Shown here: positions 37,953 through 49,265 of the stretch, piece by piece
Position numbering within the stretch: the first letter of the stretch is position 1
Layout: each line of letters starts with the position of its first letter
DNA from: Pseudomonadota bacterium
GTDB lineage: Bacteria > Pseudomonadota > Gammaproteobacteria > Ga0077536
Direction: 5' to 3'
DNA: 50,790 nucleotides
NCBI GenBank assembly: GCA_039030125.1
Contig: JBCCEV010000003.1
Location: 1-50,790, forward strand
Program-made: the position numbers and the translations under genes
The notes under the pieces: model-generated
Seen by the model: the letters and a program-made list of their open reading frames with translations, nothing else
Databases searched by the model: none
What the model was told of the DNA's origin: nothing

Positions 37953-40616
37953 TCACGCGGCGAGTTGCCGCAGAACGTAGTGGAGGATGCCCCCATTTTG
38001 ATAATAATCCCACTCCTTTGGCGTATCGACGCGCACCCGGCATGGGAAACGGGTGTGCTTGCCATCTTCGGCGGTCGCGATCACGTTGACGTTTTTGGCC
38101 CCGGCGATGAGCCCTTCGACGGTGAACGATTCAGAACCTGTCAGGGCCAGTGAATCGGCGCCTTGACCGTCTTCGAAGACCAGTGGCAACACGCCCATAC
38201 CCACCAGGTTGCTGCGATGAATGCGCTCAAAGCTTTGCGCGATAACCACCCGCACGCCGAGTAAGATGGTGCCTTTGGCCGCCCAGTCACGCGAAGAGCC
38301 CGTGCCGTATTCCTTGCCAGCAAGAACGATCAACGGCACACCTTCGTCCTGATACTTCATGGCCGCATCATAAATGGTCATTTGCTCACCTGAGGGTTGA
38401 TAGCGGGTCCAACCGCCCTCGGTCCCTGGGGCCAACTGATTGCGCAGACGAATATTGGCGAACGTGCCTCGCATCATGACTTCGTGATTACCCCGGCGCG
38501 ATCCGTAGGAGTTGAAATCAGCGGGCAACACCCCATGTGCCGCAAGGTAACTGCCAGCGGGGCTGTCGGCGTTGATATTACCGGCCGGCGAGATGTGATC
38601 GGTGGTGATGGAGTCGCCGAGTTTTGCCAGCACCCGGGCATTTTCGATGGGGGTGATCCCGGGAGCGGTTTTCGACATATTCACGAAGTAAGGAGGATTT
38701 TTGACGTAGGTCGAAGCGTCATCCCAATCGTATCGATCAGAGGCGGTAACCTCGATCCCGGCCCAGCGTGCATCGCCCGCATAGACACTGTCGTAACTCG
38801 TTTTGAACATGTGCGAATCGATGGTTGCCGCGATGGTATCTTGGACTTCTTTGGCGCTCGGCCATAGGTCTTTGAGATAGACATCCTTGCCATCGCGATC
38901 TTGGCCGATCGGATCCTTGCTCACATCAACGTCCATTGATCCCGCGATGGCGTAGGCAACCACCAGCGGTGGCGAGGCAAGGAAGTTCATTTTGACCTCG
39001 GCATGCACGCGTCCCTCAAAATTGCGGTTGCCGGAGAGCACCGAGGTCGCGATGAGTTGTCCATCTTTTATGCCCTGACTGACATGCTCCGGCAAGGGGC
39101 CGGAGTTACCGATGCAAGTCGTACAGCCATAACCCACCGTATAGAATCCCAGTGCCTCCAAGTGCGGGCTCAAGCCCGCTTTGTCGAGATAGCCGGACAC
39201 CACTAACGAACCCGGTGCCAAGCTGGTTTTGACCCACGGCTTGACCTTGAGGCCTCTTTCGTTGGCTTTTTTCGCCAACAAACCGGCGCCCACCATGACC
39301 GAAGGGTTGGAGGTATTGGTGCAGGAGGTGATGGCGGCAATGACGACCGCGCCATCTTTCATTTCGAATGCTTCACCGTCGTGCGCGACGCTCGCTGATC
39401 CGCCACCGTCGCGATTTTTGATCATCTCCGGCAGGATGTTGGTGAACGTACTCGCCGCATCTGTTAGCGCGATCCGGTCTTGCGGCCGCTTGGGGCCGGC
39501 AAGCGAAGGCACGACCGTTCCCATATCCAACGCCAAGGTGTCGGTATAAATCGCATCCGGGGTGTTTTCATCGCGCCATATCCCGCAGGTCCTCGCATAA
39601 GCTTCCACCAGTTCCACCTGCTCGGCATCGCGGCCTGACAGGCGCAGGTAGTTAACGGTTTCGGCGTCGATGGGAAAAATCCCGCAGGTCGCGCCATACT
39701 CTGGCGCCATATTCGCCAGCGTCGCGCGGTCGGCCAGGGGGAGTTGATCGAGGCCCGGACCGTAGAACTCAACGAATTTACCCACGACACCTTTTTCGCG
39801 CAGCATCTCGACCACAATTAAGACTAGGTCGGTCGCGGTTGAACCTTCGGGCAATTTGCCGGTGAGTTTGAAGCCCACCACTTGCGGGATCAGCATGGTT
39901 ATCGGTTGACCGAGCATCGCCGCTTCAGCTTCGATACCGCCCACGCCCCAGCCGAGCACACCGATACCGTTAATCATGGTGGTGTGCGAATCGGTGCCGA
40001 CCACGGTGTCCGGATAAGCACGCCATTTACCGTCCTTCTCGGCGGCGAACACCGTGCGCGCTAGAAATTCCAGATTAACTTGGTGGACGATGCCGGTGTC
40101 GGGCGGCACGACGGCAAAGTTAGAAAAAGCTTCCTGTCCCCAGCGCAGAAATTCATAGCGCTCCTTGTTGCGCTCAAACTCGATTTTGGCATTCAGATCG
40201 ACCGCATCTTCGGTGCCGTGCACATCGACCATGACCGAATGGTCGATCACGAGTTCGGCGGGTGAGAGCGGGTTGATCTTGGCGGGATCGCCGCCCAGTT
40301 TCTGCATCGCATCGCGCATCGCAGCGAAATCGACGCAGGCGGGCACGCCGGTGAAATCCTGCATCAAAACCCGAGCAGGCGTGAAAGCGATTTCTTGGTC
40401 TGGCTCCGCCAGCGCATCCCAGTTTGCCAGGGCTTCAATGTCATCTTTAGTGATGTTCAGGCCATCCTCAAAGCGCAGCAAGTTCTCGAGCAAGATTTTC
40501 TGCGCATAGGGAAGCCGGTCCACCGGGTAGCGATCGCCCAACCGGGCAACGCTGAATATTTCATATTCTTTGCCGCCGACCTCCAGCGTCGCGCGCGCAT
40601 CGAATGAATTAGTCAT
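37953..40616 (-). CDS. acnA: Aconitate hydratase A
   Basis: [46 protein letters not shown]. Confidence 0.98.
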   Translation of the reverse strand: MTNSFDARATLEVGGKEYEIFSVARLGDRYPVDRLPYAQKILLENLLRFEDGLNITKDDIEALANWDALAEPDQEIAFTPARVLMQDFTGVPACVDFAAMRDAMQKLGGDPAKINPLSPAELVIDHSVMVDVHGTEDAVDLNAKIEFERNKERYEFLRWGQEAFSNFAVVPPDTGIVHQVNLEFLARTVFAAEKDGKWRAYPDTVVGTDSHTTMINGIGVLGWGVGGIEAEAAMLGQPITMLIPQVVGFKLTGKLPEGSTATDLVLIVVEMLREKGVVGKFVEFYGPGLDQLPLADRATLANMAPEYGATCGIFPIDAETVNYLRLSGRDAEQVELVEAYARTCGIWRDENTPDAIYTDTLALDMGTVVPSLAGPKRPQDRIALTDAASTFTNILPEMIKNRDGGGSASVAHDGEAFEMKDGAVVIAAITSCTNTSNPSVMVGAGLLAKKANERGLKVKPWVKTSLAPGSLVVSGYLDKAGLSPHLEALGFYTVGYGCTTCIGNSGPLPEHVSQGIKDGQLIATSVLSGNRNFEGRVHAEVKMNFLASPPLVVAYAIAGSMDVDVSKDPIGQDRDGKDVYLKDLWPSAKEVQDTIAATIDSHMFKTSYDSVYAGDARWAGIEVTASDRYDWDDASTYVKNPPYFVNMSKTAPGITPIENARVLAKLGDSITTDHISPAGNINADSPAGSYLAAHGVLPADFNSYGSRRGNHEVMMRGTFANIRLRNQLAPGTEGGWTRYQPSGEQMTIYDAAMKYQDEGVPLIVLAGKEYGTGSSRDWAAKGTILLGVRVVIAQSFERIHRSNLVGMGVLPLVFEDGQGADSLALTGSESFTVEGLIAGAKNVNVIATAEDGKHTRFPCRVRVDTPKEWDYYQNGGILHYVLRQLAA

Positions 40617-40768
40617 TAGAGTCTCCGAGGGGTAGTCGTCGATCAAAAGCAAGGAGAATAGCGGCGCGTATTATCGGCAATTGGCAGTGAATTCCCAAAT
40701 GCCAAGGCCACCGGGCGCAGCCCCGATCCCCGCCACGCGGTGCACCTTTTTTGCCGCCACGGGCCGGT

Positions 40769-41926
40769 TTAGTGCATGCCCGTCTCGGTGATCACAGCGC
40801 CGCCCAGGCATTGCGCACCATCGTATAAAACGACGGATTGCCCAGGTGTAACCGCACGTTGCGGCTGCTCGAATTTAACGAAGATTTGACCCGCCTCGCG
40901 AACTTCAACCTGGCACGCTTGGTCGGCTTGCCGGTAGCGCGTTTTGGCCATGCAGCGCAGGCCACCAGCACCGGCCGCCGGTGGCGGCGCGTGCGCAACC
41001 CAGCTTGCTTGCGTCGCGGTTAACCAATTCGACATGAGGCGTGGATGCTCGTGTTCCTGGGCGACAACCAGCGCGTTGTCGGCAATTGATTTCTCAATCA
41101 CGAACCACGGCGCTTCGCGGGCGCCCTGAACACCGCCTATTCCCAGTCCCTGTCTTTGGCCCAGCGTGTAAAACGCCACTCCGTCGTGCTCGCCGATGGC
41201 GCGCCCGTCTTCGGTTAGCACTGGACCGGCTTCAACGGCAACATAGTTCTTTAGAAATTCGCGAAAGTTTTGCTCGCCGATAAAACAGATCCCGGTGCTG
41301 TCTTTTTTATTGTGGTTTTCAAACCCTGCCTGACGCGCGATTTCTCGCACCTTGGACTTCTCAATTTCACCCACCGGAAACAGCGATGCGGCAAGCTGAG
41401 CTTGCCCTAGGGTGTATAGAAAGTAGGTTTGATCTTTATTGTCATCTTGGCCCTTGAGCATTTGGTGCCCATCATCTTGTTGGGCAATGCGCGCGTAATG
41501 GCCGGTTGCGATGAGATCCCCGCCCAGTTTTTTCGCTTCATCGAGAAACGCTTTGAATTTTATTTCGCGATTACACAGGACATCTGGATTGGGCGTTCGT
41601 CCAGCGCGGTATTCGGCAACGAAATCTTCGAAGACTTCCGACCAGTAAGCTTCGGAGAGATCGATCGTGTTCAAGGGAATTTGCAGCTTGTCGCACACAT
41701 CGAGTGCATCGTGGACGTCGTCTTCCCAACGACACTGACCGCTATCGTCGGGTTCATTCCAGTTTTTCATGAACAGCGCGCTGCAGCGAACGCCGAGTTC
41801 TTTGAGCACCAAGCAGGCAACCGCGGAGTCGACGCCGCCGGAAATTGCCACCACCACGTGAGGCTTGTCGGCCACCCGCGGCGCCAGGCCCGCCAGGATC
41901 TCGTCACTGATTGTTGAGGTAGGCAT
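40769..41926 (-). CDS. mnmA: tRNA-specific 2-thiouridylase
   Basis: SGGVDS, TPNPDVLCNREIKF, ATGHY, KDQTYFL, DSTGICF, TPGQ. Confidence 0.97.
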   Translation of the reverse strand: MPTSTISDEILAGLAPRVADKPHVVVAISGGVDSAVACLVLKELGVRCSALFMKNWNEPDDSGQCRWEDDVHDALDVCDKLQIPLNTIDLSEAYWSEVFEDFVAEYRAGRTPNPDVLCNREIKFKAFLDEAKKLGGDLIATGHYARIAQQDDGHQMLKGQDDNKDQTYFLYTLGQAQLAASLFPVGEIEKSKVREIARQAGFENHNKKDSTGICFIGEQNFREFLKNYVAVEAGPVLTEDGRAIGEHDGVAFYTLGQRQGLGIGGVQGAREAPWFVIEKSIADNALVVAQEHEHPRLMSNWLTATQASWVAHAPPPAAGAGGLRCMAKTRYRQADQACQVEVREAGQIFVKFEQPQRAVTPGQSVVLYDGAQCLGGAVITETGMH

Positions 41927-42365
41927 CAAGTAGGGACAGTGGATAACGCGCGCCGTTCTCAAAGTCCTCAATGGAGCGCATGACCAAGGGGCTGCGGTGC
42001 ATTGCCCGGCGTTGTTGGGCGTGTTCACGATTGAGCCAGACGATACGTTGAATTTCATCGTCCAAGCGCTGGTCCGGATCATGTTCGAGCGGGGTCGCGG
42101 CAAAACAGAATCTCAAGAACGTTTCCCCCGGGGTCTCTGTTTCCAGCAGGTAAATACCGATCAAGGCATCGACCCCAACGCGCCAGCCCGTTTCTTCCTG
42201 GGTTTCGCGCACGCACGCCTCGATTAATGTCTCGCCCGGATCGAGGTGTCCCGCTGGTTGGTTGAGCACCAACTCGCCGTCGGCGATTTCTTCGACGAAA
42301 AGATACTCCCCGCCGCGCTCGACGATGGCCGCCGCGGCGACATGTGGTTTCCAAATTTCGCCCAT
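41904..42365 (-). CDS. nudJ: NUDIX hydrolase NudJ-like
   Basis: WKPHV, NQPAGHL..GETL..A..RE..EETG; upstream of mnmA. Confidence 0.88.
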   Translation of the reverse strand: MGEIWKPHVAAAAIVERGGEYLFVEEIADGELVLNQPAGHLDPGETLIEACVRETQEETGWRVGVDALIGIYLLETETPGETFLRFCFAATPLEHDPDQRLDDEIQRIVWLNREHAQQRRAMHRSPLVMRSIEDFENGARYPLSLLDAYLNNQ

Positions 42366-42374
42366 GGTGCGCCT

Positions 42375-45300
42375 CTAAATCTTCTCGATGACCGGATCTT
42401 CCCAAGAACCGGTTACGGTGTATTCCTTGCTCAAAACGCGGTCGACCTGTTCTGGGATTGATTTAAAAACTTTTTGCCCAAGATAAACCGCGGCGCCAAC
42501 CCCCACGCCAACGGGTCCGAACAAGGCGCTGGCAACCGGGAAGCTATCGGAGAGCGCCGGGGTGACGACCACATGTTGGTCGTAATCTTGTTGGGCTAAG
42601 CCGGTGCGGCCGGACACGTCTACCCGTGCGGCGGGCCCGGCCACGACCAGGCTGTCGGTATAGGCGTTACCGTCTTCAAGAAGGAATTTGCCTTCAATCG
42701 TGTCAAAGGCAAAACCTTTATTGAACAAATCATCAAAATCGAGCGACAGGCGCCTTGGCAGCGATTGCACGCTTAACAAACCGAACAGCCGGCCTGAGCC
42801 CGGCTCGATGTCGAGTAATTTTCCGGCGGCGACGTTTAGGTCCAATTGACCATTTAATTTATTGAGTTTGAAGTCGCTAGGCATGCCAAGCCATTCGGCA
42901 CCGATATCAATATGCGTCTGGCCGCCATCGAGCGCCGCGACATCGTAACTGAATGATCCGAGTAAATTGGCTAGCGAATCGCTTTCGATTTCAACATCCA
43001 TCGCACTCACATGCTGATCTTCAATGACGTCCCAGCGACCGGTCGCGATGGCGTTAAAACCGTTGTTGTCGCTGACCAGTTGCTTGAGCTCCAGACCCGT
43101 TGCGGTTTTCACCGTCTCGATTTGCGTGGTGCCAAAATCAATATCTCGAAAGACCAGCGCCTCACACGCGAAGTCAAGCGCCGGCAGGCGGCGTGGATCG
43201 ACCAATTCGCGTTGCGCCTGCGGCAGTGCGTTGGGTACGCGCAAACGCTCAAGCTGCAAGGCTAGGGTGGCATCGGCAATGGGTCCGGTGGGCACCATGA
43301 TCTGACCCGCCACGTCTTGCCCCTCGATATTAATCCGCCAGCCGCCGTCACTGGCCGCCGCTTGGACCCTGTTGCTATTGAACTCGCGCCCCATGAAACG
43401 GATAACGTCGAACTGGAGATTGACATGCGTTGGGCGTGAGTGCGCCCTGCCGTGCCCGAAAAAGCGTTGGTTCCATTCGGGGAAATCGAGTTCGGGCAGA
43501 TGGCCTTGAATGTTAACGCCCGGTTCATTCGCGACCGGTTCGGCTAATGGCGCACCTAACTGATAATCGGCTTGAGCCACTTTGCGCCGCTTGCCGTCGA
43601 CGCGATGCTCGTCATCCATTGTTAAGTGAGCGGTGACGAGATCGGCATATTGGACGTTCGTGGAAATGGTGCCCGCCGAATCGCTGATCACCTCAACACT
43701 TAAAGCCCTGGGCATGGCCGCCGTTTTTGAAAACGGCTCGCTGAGGTCAAAGGCTAAACCTTGCAAGGATGATTCGATCCTCAAGCGTCGCGGCGGATCG
43801 TTTGTTTCATTTTTCTCCGGGAGTGATAGGGTCGCCCGCCAAGGCATTGAACCCTTCACCGTTTGGAGCGCCTGCGCATGGCCAAGCCAGCGGTGGAACG
43901 TAGGAGCCCAGCGCTGCAAATAGCCCAGCACTTGCTCGCCGCTTGAAGTTCCGGTGAGATGAAATTCGCTCTGATAGTTCGGATCGTCCAGTCCGCCCTG
44001 AACAATGAGCGACACCGGTGTGCCCTCGAAGCTGCCGCTGAGCTGCTCTCCGTACCAATCCTCGCGAGTGAAGCTGACCGCGCCGGTGATGTCGCGAATT
44101 TCGGTTCCGTAGCCGGTGTAGGTGGTGCCCTTGAGGTGTGCTTGACCCAGGATTTCTTTCGGGCCGCCTTTATAGAGCGCGATGTTGAGATCGAGCATCA
44201 TGTCCAGCGGACCGGCGAGCGTTAGTTTTTCGAGCTTGCCCGCCTTACCTTTCTTTAGCGGGCTGTTGGCAACAATGTACTTGGCGGCCTTAACCGTACC
44301 GGTCGCACTCCCTTCCATGTGCAACATGCGTTTCTTGATGTAGGTGTTTGGTAGGAGCAGCTCGGCGTTTTGAATGTCGGCGCCCGCCACGTGGCCCCTG
44401 GAGATTGTCGCGGTAACTTGGGGGCCGTTGGTGCCGACGGTGAAATCAAACCCGCTGCCCGCGGGCCAGCGTTTTGAATACTCAACGTTAGCGTTGGCAA
44501 AATCAAAGCGCCCCTTGAAAACCCCCTCACCGTGATGAAACGGAAAGGCCTCAAGCGGCCCGCGCAGCACCGCAAAGCCGCCATTCAACCGGCCACTTTG
44601 AAACAATCCACGCATCCAGTTTTCACCCTTGGCCGGCAAGATGGCTTTTGGCAACAGACGGTGCAACGCGGTGGCGTCACCGGCGCCAAGCTCAATGCGG
44701 GCCTCAACCATCGGCCGCTCGCCGTTTGGGAGCTTAAGGTGAACCCTTGAGCTCAACGGTATCCCCTCGAACTTCGTTTCGAGCATGGGTAGGGAGAGCA
44801 CCGCGCCGCTCGCATTGAAAGCGACTTCCAGTTCTGCTTCTAGATCCGCCAGCGAAATTGATTCCGCCAACCAGCGTTTGGAAAACAAACGAACCTGGGC
44901 GCTGTCAATTTTGAGCGCTGTATGTCCGGTGCGAACGACGATATTCAAATCGAGCCCAACCGCGCCCGGGTATCGTGCCGAGTCGGGCAACTCCAAATCT
45001 CTGACTTCGGCATCGGCGAAATACGATGGCGGTGCCTTGCCATCGGAAATCCAAGCCATCGACAAATGCTCAAGGCGGCCGTCGGGGAGGCCATCGGCGA
45101 GAAGCGTTCGCAGCAGTGCGGCGTCATCAGCATTGGCTTGCAGGGCAGCGGCCAGGCTTGAGATATCGAATTGGGCCGCGCGCGCGAAAATCTCGCGCTC
45201 GCCGGTGTGTGCTTGACTCCAAGCCAGCGACACCCGGCCTACGGTGCGCTTGCCGTCGGGCAAATCGAGATCCGCGAGCCCCAGCCGCCAGCCGCCGGCG

Positions 45301-46139
45301 CGTCGCTGGAGCGCGCCATTGGTTTTAAATCCGCGGCTTTTATTTTCGGCGGCGAACAGCGTTTGTTGGAGCTTGGCGTTCTCCCAATGCGTCCACGCGG
45401 TTAAGTCAATCGCTGGCGTTTGTATGAGTGAGTCGAGTCGACCGGAGTCATCTAAAAAGGACGTTTTCAGTCCCACTACACGAAAATTTATGGAGCCGCT
45501 CCAAGCGTCGGTGAGCGGATCGCCTTGCGACCTTAAATCGATGCGTGCGGCACCACCGATATGTTCAGGCAGAACCACGTAGCTTGATATGAGTTTGAGG
45601 GGCCCGTCATTTCTAACCGCGACGCTGAGGTCTTCGAGGTGGAAGCGCCGGTCTTCGGCACGATCGATGATCTCGAAATCCGCCCCGTTCACGGCAAAGT
45701 GATCTTGCTCAATGATCCATTTAATAATCGGCGACTTGGGCGGCGGCATCCCGGCAACAGAGAAACGCCCATCTTCGTGGCGGATCAGAGTCAGGCGCAC
45801 GCCGCTTAATACGACTCGCTTGGGGATCAGCTCCGCGCGCAGTAAAGATGCAAGCGGAGAAATTTCGATTTGCGCCCTTTCAAAGCGCACTAAGTCTTGC
45901 TGACGGGTGGGATCCTGAAAGGTCAATCCGTCGATGTGAACACGCGGTGTCCAACCGTCCCAGGTTGCCGAGATTTCACCAAGATCCAAGGGTCGGCCAA
46001 TTACCTCGGCGACCCAACTTTCAATATTGGTTCGCTGCTCGCTGATTTCGGGCAAGGCAAACCGCAATGTAATTGCGATCAGGCTTAGCCCCAGCAGCAA
46101 GACCGCAATAACAAAGCGGATCGGTAGTCGCATGGCCAT
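42375..46139 (-). CDS. yhdP: YhdP family AsmA-like lipid transport protein
   Basis: 1254 aa with N-terminal TM anchor; C-terminal GRLFGLLS..SLPRRLSLDF.D.F..GFAFD, GSWEDP; follows rng. Confidence 0.9.
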   Translation of the reverse strand: MAMRLPIRFVIAVLLLGLSLIAITLRFALPEISEQRTNIESWVAEVIGRPLDLGEISATWDGWTPRVHIDGLTFQDPTRQQDLVRFERAQIEISPLASLLRAELIPKRVVLSGVRLTLIRHEDGRFSVAGMPPPKSPIIKWIIEQDHFAVNGADFEIIDRAEDRRFHLEDLSVAVRNDGPLKLISSYVVLPEHIGGAARIDLRSQGDPLTDAWSGSINFRVVGLKTSFLDDSGRLDSLIQTPAIDLTAWTHWENAKLQQTLFAAENKSRGFKTNGALQRRAGGWRLGLADLDLPDGKRTVGRVSLAWSQAHTGEREIFARAAQFDISSLAAALQANADDAALLRTLLADGLPDGRLEHLSMAWISDGKAPPSYFADAEVRDLELPDSARYPGAVGLDLNIVVRTGHTALKIDSAQVRLFSKRWLAESISLADLEAELEVAFNASGAVLSLPMLETKFEGIPLSSRVHLKLPNGERPMVEARIELGAGDATALHRLLPKAILPAKGENWMRGLFQSGRLNGGFAVLRGPLEAFPFHHGEGVFKGRFDFANANVEYSKRWPAGSGFDFTVGTNGPQVTATISRGHVAGADIQNAELLLPNTYIKKRMLHMEGSATGTVKAAKYIVANSPLKKGKAGKLEKLTLAGPLDMMLDLNIALYKGGPKEILGQAHLKGTTYTGYGTEIRDITGAVSFTREDWYGEQLSGSFEGTPVSLIVQGGLDDPNYQSEFHLTGTSSGEQVLGYLQRWAPTFHRWLGHAQALQTVKGSMPWRATLSLPEKNETNDPPRRLRIESSLQGLAFDLSEPFSKTAAMPRALSVEVISDSAGTISTNVQYADLVTAHLTMDDEHRVDGKRRKVAQADYQLGAPLAEPVANEPGVNIQGHLPELDFPEWNQRFFGHGRAHSRPTHVNLQFDVIRFMGREFNSNRVQAAASDGGWRINIEGQDVAGQIMVPTGPIADATLALQLERLRVPNALPQAQRELVDPRRLPALDFACEALVFRDIDFGTTQIETVKTATGLELKQLVSDNNGFNAIATGRWDVIEDQHVSAMDVEIESDSLANLLGSFSYDVAALDGGQTHIDIGAEWLGMPSDFKLNKLNGQLDLNVAAGKLLDIEPGSGRLFGLLSVQSLPRRLSLDFDDLFNKGFAFDTIEGKFLLEDGNAYTDSLVVAGPAARVDVSGRTGLAQQDYDQHVVVTPALSDSFPVASALFGPVGVGVGAAVYLGQKVFKSIPEQVDRVLSKEYTVTGSWEDPVIEKI

Positions 46140-46142
46140 CGG

Positions 46143-47666
46143 CTACAGGATCACGATGTCATATTGTTGTTGGTTGTAGGAATTTTCCGCTTGAAATTGA
46201 ATGGGCGTGCCGATGAACCGTTCGAGCTCCGCGACGCTGGCGTTTTCCTCGTGAAGTAATTGGTCGACCACTTCCTGCGAGGCAACCACCAGCAGCTTTT
46301 GTGCGTCGAACTGCTTTTGCTCGCGCAATATCTCCCGGAATATCTCAAAACAGACCGTTTCAACTGTTTTCACCGATCCACGTCCATTACACGTAGCGCA
46401 CGGTTCGCAAAGCACGTGCTCCAAGCTTTCACGCGTGCGTTTTCTGGTGACTTGGACCAGGCCCAGGGAGGTCAGTTCGCTAATGGCGATTTTTGAATGA
46501 TCTTTCTCGAACGCTTTTTCCAGCGCGCGTAGCACCTGGCGCTGGTGCTCGGCGTCGAGCATATCGATAAAATCAATGATCACAATGCCGCCGAGATTTC
46601 TTAACCGTAATTGACGCGCGATCGCGTGGGTCGCTTCGAGATTGGTTTTAAAAATGGTTTCTTCGAGATTTCGGTGCCCTACGAAACCGCCGGTATTGAC
46701 ATCGATGGTGGTCATGGCCTCTGTTTGGTCGACGATTAAATAGCCGCCCGATTTCAGATCGACCTTGCTTTGCAGTGCGCGATCGATCTCGTCTTCAGCC
46801 GAATAGAGATCAAGGATTGGCCGCTCGCCGGGATAGTGTTGCACTTTGGGTAACAACTCGGGGGTAAATTCCTTGACAAACTCAGATACGTGTTCGAGTG
46901 TTTCTTGTGAGTCGATGAGCACGCGCTCGGTGGCATCCACCGAGATATCTCGGATCGACCGCAGCACCAAGGGCAGATCTTCGTAGATCAAGGCCGGCGC
47001 CGCCGCCGTTGAGAGGCGTTGCTGCAGCGACTCCCACAACCTTTGCAGAAATGACATGTCACGTTGAATGGCGTCAACCGTCGCGCCCTCGGCCGCGGTG
47101 CGAATGATGTAGCCACCTTCGCCGCGCAGTTGCGATTGAAAGGTGGACATGTCGATCGTTTCGACCATCTCGGTCATCGATGACAAGCCTGGCGCCAATG
47201 AGGTGACGATGCTTTCCAAGCGGGTTCGCTCTTCCTCGTTTTCGATCCGCTGGGAAATCCCAATCGCGTTCGATTCCGGCATAAACACGAGATAGCGCGA
47301 GGGAATACTGATTTGGGTGGTGAGTCGAGCGCCCTTTGTGCCCAATGGATCCTTAGTGACCTGCACGGGCAGTTGTTGCCCTTCTTCAATGAGATCGGTG
47401 ATCGTGGGCTGCACTTCATCGTTGTCCTCAGAGCCGTTGGGACGCGCGATATCGTTGGCATGTAAGAACGCCGTGCGCTCGAGGCCAACCTCTAAAAATG
47501 CGGCACCCATCCCCGGCAGCACGCGTGACACCTTGCCCATGTAAATGTTGCCAACGAGTCCGCGGCTGCGCTCGCGCTCGATGCTGACTTCCTGCAAGAC
47601 GCCATTTTCGATGGCGGCGACGCGGGTCTCATGCGGCGTAACGTTGACCAGAATTTCTTGTGCCAT
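46143..47666 (-). CDS. rng: Ribonuclease G
   Basis: ETRVA, GNIY.G.V.RVLPG, KDPLGTKGARLT, IDVNTG, LRNLGGIVIIDFIDM, CATC. Confidence 0.96.
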   Translation of the reverse strand: MAQEILVNVTPHETRVAAIENGVLQEVSIERERSRGLVGNIYMGKVSRVLPGMGAAFLEVGLERTAFLHANDIARPNGSEDNDEVQPTITDLIEEGQQLPVQVTKDPLGTKGARLTTQISIPSRYLVFMPESNAIGISQRIENEEERTRLESIVTSLAPGLSSMTEMVETIDMSTFQSQLRGEGGYIIRTAAEGATVDAIQRDMSFLQRLWESLQQRLSTAAAPALIYEDLPLVLRSIRDISVDATERVLIDSQETLEHVSEFVKEFTPELLPKVQHYPGERPILDLYSAEDEIDRALQSKVDLKSGGYLIVDQTEAMTTIDVNTGGFVGHRNLEETIFKTNLEATHAIARQLRLRNLGGIVIIDFIDMLDAEHQRQVLRALEKAFEKDHSKIAISELTSLGLVQVTRKRTRESLEHVLCEPCATCNGRGSVKTVETVCFEIFREILREQKQFDAQKLLVVASQEVVDQLLHEENASVAELERFIGTPIQFQAENSYNQQQYDIVIL

Positions 47667-47869
47667 ACGCGAGAACTACTGCGTGGCGATCCTGGATCGG
47701 GGCCGCCGCGACGGGGTAAAAATGAGTTAATTCAATAACGTGTCGAGGATTATTCGATTATAGCGAGCGGCGTGCACCAAAACCTAGCAAAATCGCCAAC
47801 TTGCGAGAATGCTCACAGCTAAAAAAAGGCCCATGATCACCGCGGATCGAGCGTATAATCGCCCGCCCC

Positions 47870-49102
47870 ATGCTCGGCGAATACTCCACCGAAACGCTTG
47901 CTGTGATCCTCGCGACCAGCGACGGCAGCGATCTGAAACCCCTTGCGGACCGTCGCGCCTGCGCGGCAATGCCTTTTGGGGGGAGCTACCGGATCATCGA
48001 TTTTGCGCTAACCAACTGCCTGCATTCCGGGGTGCGGCGTACGATGGTGTTAACCCAATATCATTCCTTGTCACTGCAAAATCACTTGCGTGATGGGTGG
48101 TCGATTTTCAACACCGAATTGGGCGAATTCATAACCCCCGTGACACCGCCGATCAGCCCGGATGAAACTTCGGTTTACACCTCACCGGGTAGCGCCTTGT
48201 TTCGCAACCTCTATTTGTTCCAAGGGGTCACCGAGCAGAACATTCTGGTGATCTCTGGCGAACAAATTTACCGCATGGATTATGCGGCGATGTTGCGCTT
48301 TCATATCGACAAGGGCGCTGATGTCACCATTGCCGCCGTTGATCGAGAAGATATCAACGGCGCCGAATTCGATGCGGAATTGCGTTGCGAAATAGATAAG
48401 GTCGTCGCCATTAATCGCTTCAACCGCGAAAATCTGGACGAAAAATCGCGTTTACCGATGGGGGTCTACGCATTTAGCCGAGATTACTTAATCGAGATCT
48501 TGCAACGGGCTGGCGCCGACGGCGTGAAAGCCGTCGATATTGATGGCCTGGTGATGAATCACCAGGCGCCAGACGACACCATCAGCGTCTATGAATTTGG
48601 TGGCAGCGTCGGGCGGGTTTCGCAGGATCGCTATTGGCGCCAGCTCGACTCGCTTGATCATTACTACCAAGCGAACATGGATCTGCTGGAACTTGATCCA
48701 CGCCTGGATCTTTATCAAGTGTCCTGGCCGATCCGCACGCATCAGACCCAACGTCCGCCAGCGCGAACCGTACCCGGCCGCTCGGACAACGAAGGAATTT
48801 GCGTAAATTCAATTGTATCTGGCGGCACCGTGATAGCCGGTGGTGGCGTCAATCATTCCGTGCTGGGCAATCGCGTTTATATCGACGATGGCGCGACGGT
48901 GGAGGAGAGCATTTTGTTTTCCGATGTTCGCGTCGGCGAAGGCGCGCAGTTAAGGCGCTGCATCTGCGACCGCGGCGTTGTGATCCCGGCAGGCGAGCAG
49001 ATTGGTTTCGATGCTGCCATTGATCGCAAGCGCTTTCATGTTACCGACGAGGGCGTTGTGGTGATCCCGGTCGACCATGTTTTTGAGGCACCTGAATCGT
49101 AA
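47870..49102 (+). CDS. Glucose-1-phosphate adenylyltransferase-like protein with degenerate active site (GlgC/GlgD-like)
   Basis: PFGGSYRIIDF.L.NC..SG, LTQY, YRMDY, YYQANMDL, WPIRT and C-terminal beta-helix are present, but catalytic motifs are altered. Confidence 0.85.
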   Translation: MLGEYSTETLAVILATSDGSDLKPLADRRACAAMPFGGSYRIIDFALTNCLHSGVRRTMVLTQYHSLSLQNHLRDGWSIFNTELGEFITPVTPPISPDETSVYTSPGSALFRNLYLFQGVTEQNILVISGEQIYRMDYAAMLRFHIDKGADVTIAAVDREDINGAEFDAELRCEIDKVVAINRFNRENLDEKSRLPMGVYAFSRDYLIEILQRAGADGVKAVDIDGLVMNHQAPDDTISVYEFGGSVGRVSQDRYWRQLDSLDHYYQANMDLLELDPRLDLYQVSWPIRTHQTQRPPARTVPGRSDNEGICVNSIVSGGTVIAGGGVNHSVLGNRVYIDDGATVEESILFSDVRVGEGAQLRRCICDRGVVIPAGEQIGFDAAIDRKRFHVTDEGVVVIPVDHVFEAPES

Positions 49103-49265
49103 GCTTCGAACCGTCGTGGCACGTGCATTCGCGTCGGCCTGTGGTTTGACTGAAGAACGAAAGCGGTCCCAGGGTAAGGCTGTGCGCTTACCGTGTGAAT
49201 CCGTGGCCGCGATCCAAAAGACTGCCTCGATCTCTGTTCTGAAAAACAACGCCCAATTCGACGCG

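Noticed and set aside
40681-40705. TTGGCA-N13-TGCCAA inverted repeat upstream of acnA as a sigma-54 promoter or operator
   Set aside because: No GC at the -12 position on either strand; a single 6-bp repeat is too weak to call
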